Source: Octopus bimaculoides (Eukaryota). From it: DNA of 64,000 bases. This document shows positions 12,613 through 25,765 of this stretch, piece after piece. The stretch spans positions 59,289,561 through 59,353,560 of the forward strand of contig NC_068985.1 of NCBI RefSeq assembly GCF_001194135.2, given 5' to 3'. Positions within the stretch are counted from its first letter, which is position 1, and each line of letters starts with the position of its first letter. Made by a program: the position numbers and the translations under genes. The notes below the pieces were generated by a model. It was not told the origin of the DNA, made no database searches, and saw nothing but the letters and a program-made list of their open reading frames with translations.

Positions 12613-12648
12613 NNNNNNNNNNNNNNNNNNNNNNNNNNNNNNNNNNNN

Positions 12649-12722
<74 letters not shown>

Positions 12723-13075
12723 TGTGTGTAAGTTCATGAACAAAAACTCAGTAACAACAAACTATAAACAAAGATATCTTTGTCTCACTCTATCAATATA
12801 TGTAATATATGCACATATGTCTTCTCACATATACATACTTTTGCATATATGTGCAGATGTTTCTGTGTTGTGGCTTGCGTAAATATATGTGTGTTTCTGC
12901 ACGTGCCTGTGTATGTTTATATTGATTATATGTATACATATGTAAATTAAGCAAATGCATACGGACGGACACGGACACAAACACACACACAGACACACCC
13001 ACACACACTCATATATAAATATGGATACATATATACTACATACATATGTATAAATATATGCATATATATATATTG

Positions 13076-13113
<38 letters not shown>

Positions 13114-13618
13114 CAGGAGATAGATATATACTGGAAGAAGAGCCTATATAGAAAATAAGGAATAAACCAGCAAATTTTAAAATAAATTGAAAACACCTAG
13201 AATGAAATCATATTAAATAGAATAATGTAACTGCCGTGCCTCAAAGCATTTTGTAAATTCTAGTTACTTTTTAATACAGATGTACTTAATATATATNNNN
13301 NNNNNNNNNNNNNNNNNNNNNNNNNNNNNNNNNNNNNNNNNNNNNNNNNNNNNNNNNNNNNNNNNNNNNNNNNNNNNNNNNNNNNNNNNNNNNNNNNNNN
13401 NNNNNNNNNNNNNNNNNNNNNNNNNNNNNNNNNNNNNNNNNNNNNNNNNNNNNNNNNNNNNNNNNNNNNNNNNNNNNNNNNNNNNNNNNNNNNNNNNNNN
13501 NNNNNNNNNNNNNNNNNNNNNNNNNNNNNNNNNNNNNNNNNNNNNNNNNNNNNNNNNNNNNNNNNNNNNNNNNNNNNNNNNNNNNNNNNNNNNNNNNNNN
13601 NNNNNNNNNNNNNNNNNN

Positions 13619-13673
<55 letters not shown>

Positions 13674-13747
13674 ATATGTATGTATGTAGTATGATGTGTG
13701 CAAGTTATATTTTTATGTATATTTTAATCTATTAAAACCGCTTACAG

Positions 13748-13807
13748 CTCAAGTATAACGGCTGCGCCACTTGTGCAGTCGGCTTTGTTCCGCGAAAATC
13801 TAATCAT
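13748..13807 (+). CDS. Candidate internal exon (LKYNGCATCAVGFVPRKSNH)
   Basis: Acceptor cgcttacAG, 60-nt GC-richer open frame, donor gtaatg (alternative at 13815); phase-compatible with 6069-6121. Unverified. Confidence 0.3.
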
Positions 13808-14119
13808 GTAATGCGTATTGTGCTCAGTTATGTAGCAACTCTTCAGTTATATAATCTGAACACAAATGAAGTTAGCCATTCAATTTATTTCCTACAATTG
13901 ATGACATGTATCAGAATTTTGCTGTTTCTATTTATTTAGATTTCTTTAAGTAATCACAACTCGATTACGAAGATATTGCGAATTTTAAGTCCGATGTTTA
14001 ATTTCCTCTTTTATGGATTCCCTACTAGAACACCTGATCAAGAAAAGAGATGGGGAAAAAAACAAAATAATGGAGGATGATAGCGAAACAATCAAGAAGT
14101 ATGGTGGTGATGATGATGG

Positions 14120-14151
<32 letters not shown>

Positions 14152-14875
14152 GCGGCGGCGGTGGTGGTGGTGGTGGTGATGATGATGTTGATGACGACGT
14201 TGACGACGATAATCAGTAACAGTATGTTTGTCATGATGGGAACGATGATGACGGTGACGACAATGACTCTGATGATAAATTTTAGAGAAAAATTGAAAGA
14301 GGCGCTAACTATGGTGCTATGTAATGAATATTAGAATAACTGTGCAAACAAAAAATAAATATACATTTGCTGCATATTGAAGAAAGCTATGTCTTGTGGC
14401 TGTGTAAAAGTATTATGATCTTAACTAATTGAAATAGAACAAAAAGTATACAAAAGCAATACATTCGCGATGAATAAGAACAAAGAAATAGAACGAAAAC
14501 GACATATGATAAGAAACGGGATGATACAATTAGAATGAGGCATTGCTTCTATAAAATGGTCATAGGGCAAAGAATATTTTTCAAAATGATTCTGAGTAGA
14601 AAAATAAATTACGAGAAAACAGGCTCTTTTCATTTCCCATGATTTGTAAGCTATCAATGCTAAGATGCAAGGGTGTTTTATATATGTAGGGCTACATATA
14701 CATGATGTATGTGTGTATATGTCATATATGTGCATGTGTATGTATATATATATGTGTGTATTAAATATATATATAAAATTTATTAATGAGAGTAGAAATT
14801 GATATTAATCAATTAAAACCAGTGGTCTAGCATATTAAAAAAATCCGAAGATTTAAATTATATTACATACAGAAA

Positions 14876-14979
14876 TAAGAGGAATGACCAGCAAAAGTGG
14901 ACTCCTATATGCTAGAAATAGATGCCGAATCATCTATTTCTAGCATATAGGAGTCCACTTTTGCTGGTCATTCCTCTTA
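14876..14979. repeat. Perfect 49-bp inverted repeat with 6-nt loop
   Basis: taagaggaatgaccagcaaaagtggactcctatatgctagaaatagatg-ccgaat-exact reverse complement. Confidence 0.95.
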
Positions 14980-15583
14980 CTTTTGTATATATATATATAT
15001 NNNNNNNNNNNNNNNNNNNNNNNNNNNNNNNNNNNNNNNNNNNNNNNNNNNNNNNNNNNNNNNNNNNNNNNNNNNNNNNNNNNNNNNNNNNNNNNNNNNN
15101 NNNNNNNNNNNNNNNNNNNNNNNNNNNNNNNNNNNNNNNNNNNNNNNNNNNNNNNNNNNNNNNNNNNNNNNNNNNNNNNNNNNNNNNNNNNNNNNNNNNN
15201 NNNNNNNNNNNNNNNNNNNNNNNNNNNNNNNNNNNNNNNNNNNNNNNNNNNNNNNNNNNNNNNNNNNNNNNNNNNNNNNNNNNNNNNNNNNNNNNNNNNN
15301 NNNNNNNNNNNNNNNNNNNNNNNNNNNNNNNNNNNNNNNNNNNNNNNNNNNNNNNNNNNNNNNNNNNNNNNNNNNNNNNNNNNNNNNNNNNNNNNNNNNN
15401 NNNNNNNNNNNNNNNNNNNNNNNNNNNNNNNNNNNNNNNNNNNNNNNNNNNNNNNNNNNNNNNNNNNNNNNNNNNNNNNNNNNNNNNNNNNNNNNNNNNN
15501 NNNNNNNNNNNNNNNNNNNNNNNNNNNNNNNNNNNNNNNNNNNNNNNNNNNNNNNNNNNNNNNNNNNNNNNNNNNNNNNNNNN

Positions 15584-15619
<36 letters not shown>

Positions 15620-15812
15620 CGTGTGTGTGTATGTGCGTATTTATATATGTGTGTGCTTGTATATACTATATTATGTGTATAAAATTTTTAGTTACTAAAC
15701 TATTGATTTACGTTATTTTCATAATATATTTGAAATTTTGTAAATGTGAATGTACATTTATGCATGTGTATCTAAGTGTGCGTATGTGTTTGTGTGTCTG
15801 TGTATGTATATG

Positions 15813-15843
<31 letters not shown>

Positions 15844-15850
15844 CTGTGTG

Positions 15851-15881
<31 letters not shown>

Positions 15882-16753
15882 CTGTGTGTGTGTTTTTATG
15901 CATACACATGCACTATTCTTGTTATAAACTAAACAATTTTAGTATAGTAAAAGAGTACTTATAATTATATTGAAGTCCATAGAAACTAATTTTAATTTTA
16001 ATCTTAATTTTAATTTTAGCATTGTTCTTTTTAGTATGAAAATAAGTAACTCTGATAAGCTTATGATCAACTTTTTATTGGATAACTGATTAATTCAGTG
16101 TTTATTTAATTTCTACAATAATTATGTTATTATGATAATATATTTTAGAAAGTTTCTTTCTTATATAAACTACGTAATATTTTTTCTATTCTTAACCTTT
16201 GATTTTTAGTAAGGATTATTATAAATAATTAATGCAATGTAATTTATAATATCATTTGCTATTTCACTAGAGTTGATAAAGTATTTTAAACATATTATTT
16301 GTTATTTACCCATAGATAAATAGCGTATTGTTATTATAGTAAACTGTATTTATTAATAGTATGAAAGAATAAAAGGGATATTTCTTATTTTGCCATGTTT
16401 TTTTTAAAGATTTTCCCGGTATTTTAAAAATCTCATGCGCTAAAATATATTTTGATAAAAATTCTAAATAGTATAAAAATATATTTTATGACCGTTTTAT
16501 TAGTTTATTTTAGATGACTTTTCCTATTTTATTTTATTTTATTATCTTTGTTTTTGTATTTAATTATTGACTCTCACGCTTGAAAACATAAACATTTCAA
16601 TTCAGTCTTTTCTTGGATCTGTAATTCTTCATTACACTGAAGAAATTCCTACCCACAAACATGGATTTTTATTATTTTATTATGGGCAAGGAACGCAACA
16701 ATTGTATGTTATTTGTATTTAACATTTATTATCTATCATATTATATTATATTA

Positions 16754-16798
16754 CTAGCAGAGATGCCCGGCGTTGCTCTGGATTAAAATGGTATAATT

Positions 16799-16845
<47 letters not shown>

Positions 16846-17452
16846 CAGTCAAACTGAAACAGGTGACACGGGAAAGTGCAGCATTAACGACAAAACATGT
16901 GTGAAGTAAATGGTCTAATTCGACTAAGCAACATGTACTACGTCCGTTTGCAGTATTTCGTGCCCTCACCTATCATGCAAAAAGTTGGGTGTGTGGAGTA
17001 TGTCATTTTTAAAACCATCGAAAAGTTGTCAGTGGATATACTCGACTTTAAGGCGGTGAGCGCTCTGTCTAACATTACCCATTGTATGGTTGCCCGTCAA
17101 ATGAATGGAGGTGTAATGGAGATATTGTACGTAAATGAGTACATTCCGGAAATGGATTGCAATGGGAGACGGCAACGTGGAAGTGAACTATTGAAATGTT
17201 GCAGAAAGCGAAGGGTTGACATTGGATTGCTGATGTGGATGTAGAGTAAGAGACATAAAGTGGGCCTATGCAATCCCATGTAATGAATTACTTGAACAAA
17301 ATAAAGCATAATGGCTTACCGCGTGGTATGTACTGTATTTTTGTATGCGGTGTAAATCAACGAAATATAAGCAAATGAATTAAATCGAAATACATATATG
17401 GAACAGCCAATTTAACAGTAAATTCCACAATAATCATTACGGAGAAACAAAG

Positions 17453-17492
<40 letters not shown>

Positions 17493-17494
17493 GA
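16754..17494 (-). mobile_element. Non-autonomous Helitron
   Basis: On the minus strand the 3' end is a GC hairpin (ccagagcaacgccggg) about 9 nt upstream of CTAG|T; the putative 5' end is A|TC followed by (TA)n at 17494; consistent with an A|T target site. The 5' end is less certain. Confidence 0.65.
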
Positions 17495-17729
17495 TCAATT
17501 TCTTAATGTAAGGTTAAATATGTAATTGTAAATACATTGCGACTTTGCAACTGCTGCGATAATTATTGACTGATAATGGAGCAGTAAATGTGTACTTTTA
17601 TATGTGCTTTGAGCCTTGTACCTCATTGTTTTTTTGCTTTGTCTTTTTCAAGCGTTTCACCTCTAGAACATAAATACATTCGGGCATGTCAGTCGTCACA
17701 TATTTATATGTATGTGTAGGTGTGTGTGT

Positions 17730-19286
17730 GCGTTTAATAAGGCACGTAACACGGAAACACGCACATTCACAGACACATCCACACTCATACACAAAGAGAC
17801 AGGTATACAATTTTATACAAAACGTGGCATTGTCGTCGTTGTGGTATAAAATGTTCCTGCATATATTCACATATATATAAGAAGATAGCCACATAGAGAC
17901 ATACATTCCCGCAGGTTAGTTGTCACATATATATATATATATATGTCTAGATGTGTGTATATTTAATAACGTACTTAACGCGGAAAGGCACACACACACA
18001 CTATGAGACATATACACACTTATAAACGTACACACGTACATTCAAAGACAGATACACAGTCATATATAAAACTTGATGTCGTCGTCGTGGTATAAAATGT
18101 CATGTTGACAACAGAAAGATTGTCTCTATGAGATGCTATATTGTTTTTCTCGAAGTGAAAATAAAATTTCGTATTAACACTGGCCAGCCCTCACATACAT
18201 ATAGTAAGATAGACACACACACACATACTTTGACGTGTGTCAGTTTTCACATATGTATATGAATGTGTAGATGTGTGTGTGTGTTTAATAACTAACGCGG
18301 AAAGACACACACACTGAGACATATACACGCACACATACACTTACACATATACACTTATACACATACACTCACAGACAGATACATACATATAAAAAATGTG
18401 ATGTTGTCGCTGTGGTATAAAATATCATGTTGACAGTAGAAAGATTACCTCTATGAAACGTTATATTGTTATAATCAAAATCAAAATAATAGAAATGAAA
18501 ATAAAATTTCGTATTGACACTGATCAGCCCTTACATACGTTTAGTTTGTTTAATAACGTACCCAACGCGGAAAGACCCCCACACTGTGAGACATATAAGC
18601 ACACCCATACACTCACACACATACATTCACAGACAAATGCACAGTCATATACAAAATGTGACGTCGTCGTCGTCGTCACCAGTCGTCACATGAATATGTA
18701 TGTGTGGATGTGTGTGTGTGATTAATAACGTACCGCTATATGCGTATGTGTATGTGTAGATGTGTGTTGCATAACGTACTTAACGCGAAAAGACGCACAC
18801 ATTATGAGACATATACACACTCATACACATACACACATGCACTCACAAACAGATACACAGTCATATACAAAATGTGACGACGTTGTCGTCGTGGTATAAA
18901 ATGTCCTGTTTTCAATAAAAAGATTGCAGCGTGAAAGGTGTTTGTAAGCTATTCAAGAACACACAAAAAACATTATTTTCATTTCACCATTTAAATTTCA
19001 TTTGTGTCAATATATTTTCGTGTTGCATCTGAGAAAGTAGCAGTTAGTTTATGATATATATATGTATGTATGTATGTTTATGTATGCATGTATATGCGTA
19101 AATGCGCATGCATGCATATACGCATATACCTATGTATGTCTGTATGTATGTATGAGAACATTCACGTACGTAATTGTGTAGATGTGTCTGCGTGTGTGTA
19201 TATATGTGTATGTACATGTATATGTACGTTTATGTACTGATATGTGAGTTTGTTCAAGTTGTATATATATATCTATTACTCTGTCG

Positions 19287-19350
<64 letters not shown>

Positions 19351-21090
19351 GTTCCGAGTACACGATCTCAAATCAAATCATATGCTATGCAGGTACATCT
19401 CTGTAAATAGAAAGATTATCTCTATGAAATTTTATATTGTTTTAATGGAAATGAAAGTAAAATTTTGTATTGACACTGACCAGCCCTTATATACATATAG
19501 TATGTTTAATAACGTAAATAACGCGGAAAGACACACAAACACACTGTGAGACATATACACACTCATACACTCACACAAATACATTCACAAGCAGATATAC
19601 AGTCATATACAGAATGTGACGTCGTCGTCGTCGTCGCCGTCGTGGTTAGAATTAAAAGTAAAAGTATAACAGTGAGACGTATAGTATATTTGATAACGTA
19701 CCTAACGCGGAAACACACACATTGTGAGACATATATACACTTAAACACTCACACACGTACATTCAGAGACAGATGAAGAGTGACGTCGTCGTGGTTAACC
19801 AGCCCTTACATACATTTAGTGTGTTTAATAACGTACCTAACTGGGAAAGATACACACACTGTGAGGCATATACACACTGATACATTCACAGACGTCGTCA
19901 TCGTGGTTATGATTAGAAGTAAATGTATAAAAGTGAAACATATAACCAACTAGTTGTACAAGAATTCACGATCTTCAAAGGCTCTTTATCATGGAGAGCA
20001 AGGTAAAGTTATTTGCAGGCACTTTGTCTTGTTGAAAAATGCAAGAACTATTTATAAGTTTCGGATACTAAAAATTCTAAATTTATGGGCAATCATTCAG
20101 CATAAGTGTGGGATACTGCCAACCGTAAAGAATGACATACACATCTAAATAGAAGTAATGATGGAACTTCTTTTCATTTCTAGGTAAACATCATTGTTGA
20201 CTCCTATCATTACTCTATCGTTGTCGGTTCCTATAGCCAGTAAATTATTTTATATCTGATTTCTTTCTCACTAATTCAATTCTTAAGGCATATACGGTGC
20301 CATCTGCATCAGATGTTTCTAAAGATACTATACTGAGATATGTATGTACCACATTTTTATGTGACTATAATATATAACAATTCCTAACAACTTGTTTCTC
20401 GATATATCATTGGATTCATCTAATAACAGGCTAAATTTTTTATCTCCTATATCACAAATCAAATCTCCATCAAAATATGGAGCTAGAACATTTCTCACAA
20501 TATTTGCACGTTTTGTACATCACGACAGAATAAAGCATTGTTAGGACGAATTTCCATGCTTTCATTCTTTGCAACATATTTACATTATTGTGTAGTGAGT
20601 TCAGGTGCTGACATGAGTTATCTCCTCACTCTACCCCAACCAGTACCACTCTGTATCCACGCCGGTGGCGGAAGGCTGGAAAAGTTTATAACTTGATAAA
20701 CTTCCATTTGAAGTTTCAAGTAAGTGAAACAAAAATTCAGCAATAGCCGATAGTACTATAATTTGGCTATAAGATACATTAGTGAAAGAAAAAAGGAGGA
20801 AAAAGAAGAAGAAAGGGTAACTATTGCAGAAATGTCATGATCAGAGAAAAATGGTAAAATAATACTTAATAAAATGTTAAACCTGCTATTTTCCCTGCTA
20901 AATGCTAGATTTAAAAAGTTTTCAGCTAAATGCTGAAAAAAAATCCTAGATCTAGCATAAAATATACTAAATTAGCAACCCTGACACACACACATACATT
21001 CACAGACAGATACACAGTCATATACAAAATGTGACGTCGTCGTCGTTGTCGTGGTTAGAATTAAAAGTAAAATTATAAAAGTGAAGCAAT
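17730..21090. repeat. Degenerate complex tandem array (about 9-10 variable units of 130-320 bp)
   Basis: The module aataacgtac..aacgcggaaagacacac..tgagacatatacac..cacagacagatacacagtcatatacaaaatgtgacgtcgtcgt recurs near 17735, 17965, 18285, 18550, 18770, 19506, 19692, 19826 and 20985. Confidence 0.85.
19945..20983 (-). mobile_element. hAT-superfamily transposon, 5' TIR plus decayed transposase
   Basis: TIR cagggttgcta (minus strand; 20983-20973); peptides KFSLLLDESNDISRNKLLGIVI, LLAIGTDNDRVMIGVNN and RCVCHSLRLAVS (catalytic D(E), D and CxxH motifs). 3' end is missing. Confidence 0.85.
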
Positions 21091-21357
21091 ATATCACATC
21101 ACATTATGGATAATACTCTTTCACTTTTATGACAATATAGATGTTATTCTTTAACTTTTATTCTTCAAGTATTGACACGAAATACGGAACCAGTGCGAAT
21201 ATTTTAATCCAAAAAAAAATTACATGCTGATACTCACGGGTTCTGATATTATTACCATGTGAAATTTGATTTGATCTCGTTTGAAAATGCATTGGGAACA
21301 GACAAAGGGACAAAGGATTTTATACATATATAGATTATATGGATATAATATAGTATT

Positions 21358-21513
21358 AAGGCAGTGAGCTGGTACAAACTTTAGCACGCCGGGCGAAATG
21401 CTTAGTCATTCTTTCAGGATCGATAAATCAAGTACCAGTTGCGTACTAGGGTCGATCTAATTGAATGTCACCCTCCCCCAAAATTTTGGGCCTTGTGCCT
21501 AGAGTAGAAAACA
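21358..21513 (+). mobile_element. SINE family A, internally deleted
   Basis: Head aaggcagtgagctgg..tagcacgccgggcgaaatgcttag joined directly to core/tail gatcgataaatcaagtaccagttgcgtactagggtcgat..ggccttgtgcctagagtagaaa. Confidence 0.85.
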
Positions 21514-22484
21514 GTATAATAGTGTTGATAATTTTTTATTTTTGAATTGACAATTGTATATCTCCATTTTCCTTCCATTTTTATATNNNNNNNNNNNNNN
21601 NNNNNNNNNNNNNNNNNNNNNNNNNNNNNNNNNNNNNNNNNNNNNNNNNNNNNNNNNNNNNNNNNNNNNNNNNNNNNNNNNNNNNNNNNNNNNNNNNNNN
21701 NNNNNNNNNNNNNNNNNNNNNNNNNNNNNNNNNNNNNNNNNNNNNNNNNNNNNNNNNNNNNNNNNNNNNNNNNNNNNNNNNNNNNNNNNNNNNNNNNNNN
21801 NNNNNNNNNNNNNNNNNNNNNNNNNNNNNNNNNNNNNNNNNNNNNNNNNNNNNNNNNNNNNNNNNNNNNNNNNNNNNNNNNNNNNNNNNNNNNNNNNNNN
21901 NNNNNNNNNNNNNNNNNNNNNNNNNNNNNNNNNNNNNNNNNNNNNNNNNNNNNNNNNNNNNNNNNNNNNNNNNNNNNNNNNNNNNNNNNNNNNNNNNNNN
22001 NNNNNNNNNNNNNNNNNNNNNNNNNNNNNNNNNNNNNNNNNNNNNNNNNNNNNNNNNNNNNNNNNNNNNNNNNNNNNNNNNNNNNNNNNNNNNNNNNNNN
22101 NNNNNNNNNNNNNNNNNNNNNNNNNNNNNNNNNNNNNNNNNNNNNNNNNNNNNNNNNNNNNNNNNNNNNNNNNNNNNNNNNNNNNNNNNNNNNNNNNNNN
22201 NNNNNNNNNNNNNNNNNNNNNNNNNNNNNNNNNNNNNNNNNNNNNNNNNNNNNNNNNNNNNNNNNNNNNNNNNNNNNNNNNNNNNNNNNNNNNNNNNNNN
22301 NNNNNNNNNNNNNNNNNNNNNNNNNNNNNNNNNNNNNNNNNNNNNNNNNNNNNNNNNNNNNNNAGAGAAGAGGAGAAAGACAAAGAATTCTGTATAGAAA
22401 GTATGACACTCATGCAAATGTAGAATCAGCGAAATCAAACATTAAAGAACCTCTGAATTAAATATATCTTTTAATCGTTGCAAG

Positions 22485-22590
22485 GAAACAAAGTGTCTCT
22501 CTGTCTCATGAAAAGGACCACAAAATATGGCTTGAATTTCAGTAGATACCAAACTGTTCATTCCGAAAAATACTGTGATTTGACTGGAAG
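22485..22590 (+). CDS. Candidate exon (xNKVSLCLMKRTTKYGLNFSRYQTVHSEKYCDLTG)
   Basis: Open frame ending at a strong donor GAAG|gtaacc; acceptor is ambiguous (22485, 22516 or 22543). Confidence 0.25.
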
Positions 22591-23459
22591 GTAACCGCGG
22601 CTGATGAAAGCCGCCTATTTATGAAAATGAGTAATATTTGTGCTACATGGTTCACGTAACTAGCTAATCAAATCATTCCATTGTATCTCCTGAACAGATA
22701 GAAAAAACTAAACAGCACACTCAAAGTGAAATCAAATCTACTTTCAAACCTTATTGACCCTGAAAGGATGAAATATAAATTTGATTTCGTCGAGATTTCA
22801 ATTTAGATGAGGAAGAGTCGGAAGAAATGACGCAAGGTGTTTTGACCGACATTTCTACCGATTCTGCAAATGCACTATCTTTATATTGAGAAATGGTAAC
22901 AAATTTGATAGACACGAAATGACCTGAAATATTAACTTCACCGGTGAGCTGGCAGAAACGTTACTGCACCGGACTAAAAACTAAGCAGCAACTCGTCTAC
23001 ATTTCTTTGCAGTCTCTAACCATAAGTTCGGTATTAAGGACAGGTGGGGGTCTTTTGTTAGGGTTACCTAGATACACTGATGTTTGAAGTTACCTTGATA
23101 CACTGGTGAATGAAGTTAATTATGCGTTGGATGCTCTTCATCATACTTCTGTCGGCTTCCTCAATACGACCATATGGGATTGTCCTAACTAGAATATTGA
23201 TATCATCTACAAACCTACAGTATACTATTACAAATATAGGGTGCTCATCATTGCCTAAGTTTTTTGTCCCACGAGGTCACGAAGAGGAACGCAACGTTAC
23301 CAGCCACACCGGCACTGATGACTGTTCCTTGAACCTGCATATACAGTTCCTTATTTTACTTGATTATGTGCTTCTTCAAAGCGACTATTACACTAGCGTG
23401 TATTATATGTTAAACTATCTTCTCACCTGATTGTTATCCTCTGGATCTTGGGTGGGTAT

Positions 23460-23830
23460 AGTCCAGCAACTCCAGTATACTGTGGCGTTCTTCTTCGCTG
23501 TCAGTTTTGATAATAGTTAGCCTTCCTCGTTCGGACCCGGTGGGGCAGAACCTCTCGCAAGTACTACGACTGCTCATTGAGATATAACCGGATGTCTGAG
23601 TGAGCGCTGAAGACCTCCTTAGTAGAGTCAATGACAGTATCACATCAAACGACCTCAACAGTTGTTTCGTAGGTATTATGGATGTAATTTCTCTTTATCC
23701 ATCAACTGATATAGATTTTGCTGTTCAAAACTGTGAGAACGAAGTGGAGTTCCACAAAGTAAACACGAGGGAAGTAGGCCTCCCGCAAAGATTAACCTAT
23801 AACAAAATTACTTGGAGAATCACGACTTAA
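23460..23830 (+). mobile_element. Penelope-like RT fragment (motifs 1-3), decayed
   Basis: SAEDLLSRVND..CFVGIMDVISLYPSTDIDFAVQ resembles the PLE 'S.EDLL...SMDV.SLYPSID' region. Confidence 0.65.
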
Positions 23831-23975
23831 GTAGACGCAAACGTAAAAAATAATTGTAAAAGTTTAACAATTCCTCAACTTCTCAGCAGAAAAAATGAGA
23901 AGAAATATAATATAGATCATATTCTTTATACTACAGCTTCCCATAGAATCAACTCGGACAAAGACTATTGAACTG

Positions 23976-24071
<96 letters not shown>

Positions 24072-24925
24072 GGATGTTTACATTTTTCGAATACTCATGG
24101 AGAAAGGAAAGGACAGGTATTCACAGAAGTTGTAGATATTAAAGTTTTTTTATTTAACTGATCGTTTGTGTGTTCGAAACCTGTAGGTATGTAAATTCCT
24201 AACTTATTTCGAGGGAGATTTAAAATATTCATAGGATATTGTAGTTATTCCAGTCTTTGGGAATAGAAGGAGGAAGAAATGTTCACCTTTTTGAATTTTT
24301 GAATTTCTGAAGTTCTTTTCCTTTTGGAATTTTTCTTTTCTTTTTAAACTTTTTGCTGTGGTTTACAGTTTTTGTAGTTTGCAGTATATCTATATTGGCA
24401 AGTGAATACCTCCTTAATTTTTTTCTGTGCATTTAATTGTGATGTTACAATAAAAGGCAGGTTTATATATTCCGGTAGTCAAGGAAAAAGGAAAGATAAA
24501 AAGTTCACGCAAAATTAGAAATATTAAAGTTCCTAAATTATTTTGAGATGTTTGTATGTCCGTTCAGAGAAGACTGTAGTTTTTTACTATAAAAAGCATG
24601 TTTACATTTTCGAATACTTAGGGTGAAAAGAAAGGAAAGAAAATAAAGGTAAACGTTTTAGAGAGAATTGTAGATATTAAGGTTTTAAAATTTACTGGAG
24701 ATGACCTTTTGTCTGTCCGAACAGAGAAAACTATAGTGTTCTTGGAATAAAGAGGATGTTTACGTTTCCGAATACTCAGGGAGAAAGGAAAGGATAGATA
24801 TGCACAGAAGTTGCAGATATTAATGGTTTTAAAGTTGATCGTTTATGTGTTCGAAAGCTGTAGATATGTAAATTTATTACCTTATTTTGAGGGAAATACA
24901 AAATACTCACAGGAAATTGTAGATA
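24072..24925. repeat. Unclassified ~525-bp-unit complex repeat (copy 2; one full and two partial units)
   Basis: Unit starts (g/c)atgtttacat(t)ttcgaatact at 24072, 24597 and about 24753; homologous to 3741-4341. Confidence 0.8.
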
Positions 24926-24927
24926 TT

Positions 24928-25091
24928 CGACGGGCTTCTTTCAGTTTCCGTCTACCAAATCCACTCACAAGTCTTTGGTCGGCCCGAGGCTATAGTTGAA
25001 GATATTTTCCCATGGTGCGATACAGTGGGACTGAAACCGGAACCATATAGTTGATAAGCAAGCTACTTACCACAAAGCCACTCATGCGCCT
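24928..25091 (-). mobile_element. SINE family B, 5' half
   Basis: Minus strand: ggcgcatgagtggctttgtggtaagtagcttgc..ggttccggtttcagtcccac..ctatagcctcgggccgaccaaagacttgtgagtggatttggtagacggaaactgaaagaagcccgtcg. Confidence 0.85.
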
Positions 25092-25720
25092 ATATTTATA
25101 TGCATGCACGCCAACATACTGAAATACATACATGTTTACGTACGCACAAACCTGCATATGTGCATGTTATACATATATATGTATGTACGAATGTATGTAT
25201 GTAAGTATGGATGGATGGATGGATGGATATATGTTCGGATGATTTGGAGTCAGAATAGGTTACTAAAAACTAGAGACAGAGAGAAAGAAAGAGACTAAGA
25301 GAAAGGAGAAAGGGTGATACTCTTAGATAAGGGAATAGAAAGAGAGAGAGAGAGAATGAAAGAAATACGCTGTTAAATATAGTATGAATAATGGTATGAG
25401 AATAATAAACATTTCAAAACGGAATTCGAAGGTTAGCTGGATTGATGTCAGCGCATAAATATAACGAAACAAAGGACTAAAGTCATAGAAGAATATGGTC
25501 CACTATGTTGATTATTTCTTTTGGGGTTATGGTGTCTGAATATCAAAAAAGTAAATAAAAAGAAATCTGAAATATAATTGTCTGTATTAGTAAAATTGAA
25601 GAATGGCACGTTTGGTTATGATTTCGTGTCTTTAAGCATTTAGCGACTTTGCTTGTGTGGCTTTGTATCCATTGTGAATGAAACGGAAGTTAATAGTGCG
25701 TTTTTCCCGTTGCGTTTCAG

Positions 25721-25765
25721 GAATCATCAGTGTTGCTTACTTTCTAATGCCACATTCAAATAATG
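25721..25765 (+). CDS. Candidate 45-nt symmetric (phase 1-1) exon (xIISVAYFLMPHSNNx)
   Basis: Acceptor gcgtttttcccgttgcgtttcAG, strong donor ATG|gtaagc; only one frame is open. Confidence 0.4.

Noticed and set aside
14013-14334. Asp/Gly- or Met/Val-rich ORFs (similar ones at 37103-37384, 39277-39631, 58627-58873)
   Set aside because: Degenerate (GAT/GGT/CAA)n tracts with no domain content.
14922-15927. The longest ORFs in the track, containing X runs (also 9607-10461, 21468-22461, 27549-28448)
   Set aside because: Artefacts of translating through N gaps.
17730-19930. CRISPR-like repeat/spacer periodicity
   Set aside because: Units are long and variable, the intervening sequences are homologous to each other rather than unique spacers, and there are no cas genes in this eukaryotic context.
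22598-22650. CTGATGA...GAAA as a hammerhead
   Set aside because: CTGATGA lies within a gcggct/agccgc hairpin; no compatible stem II closure, helix III or stem I.
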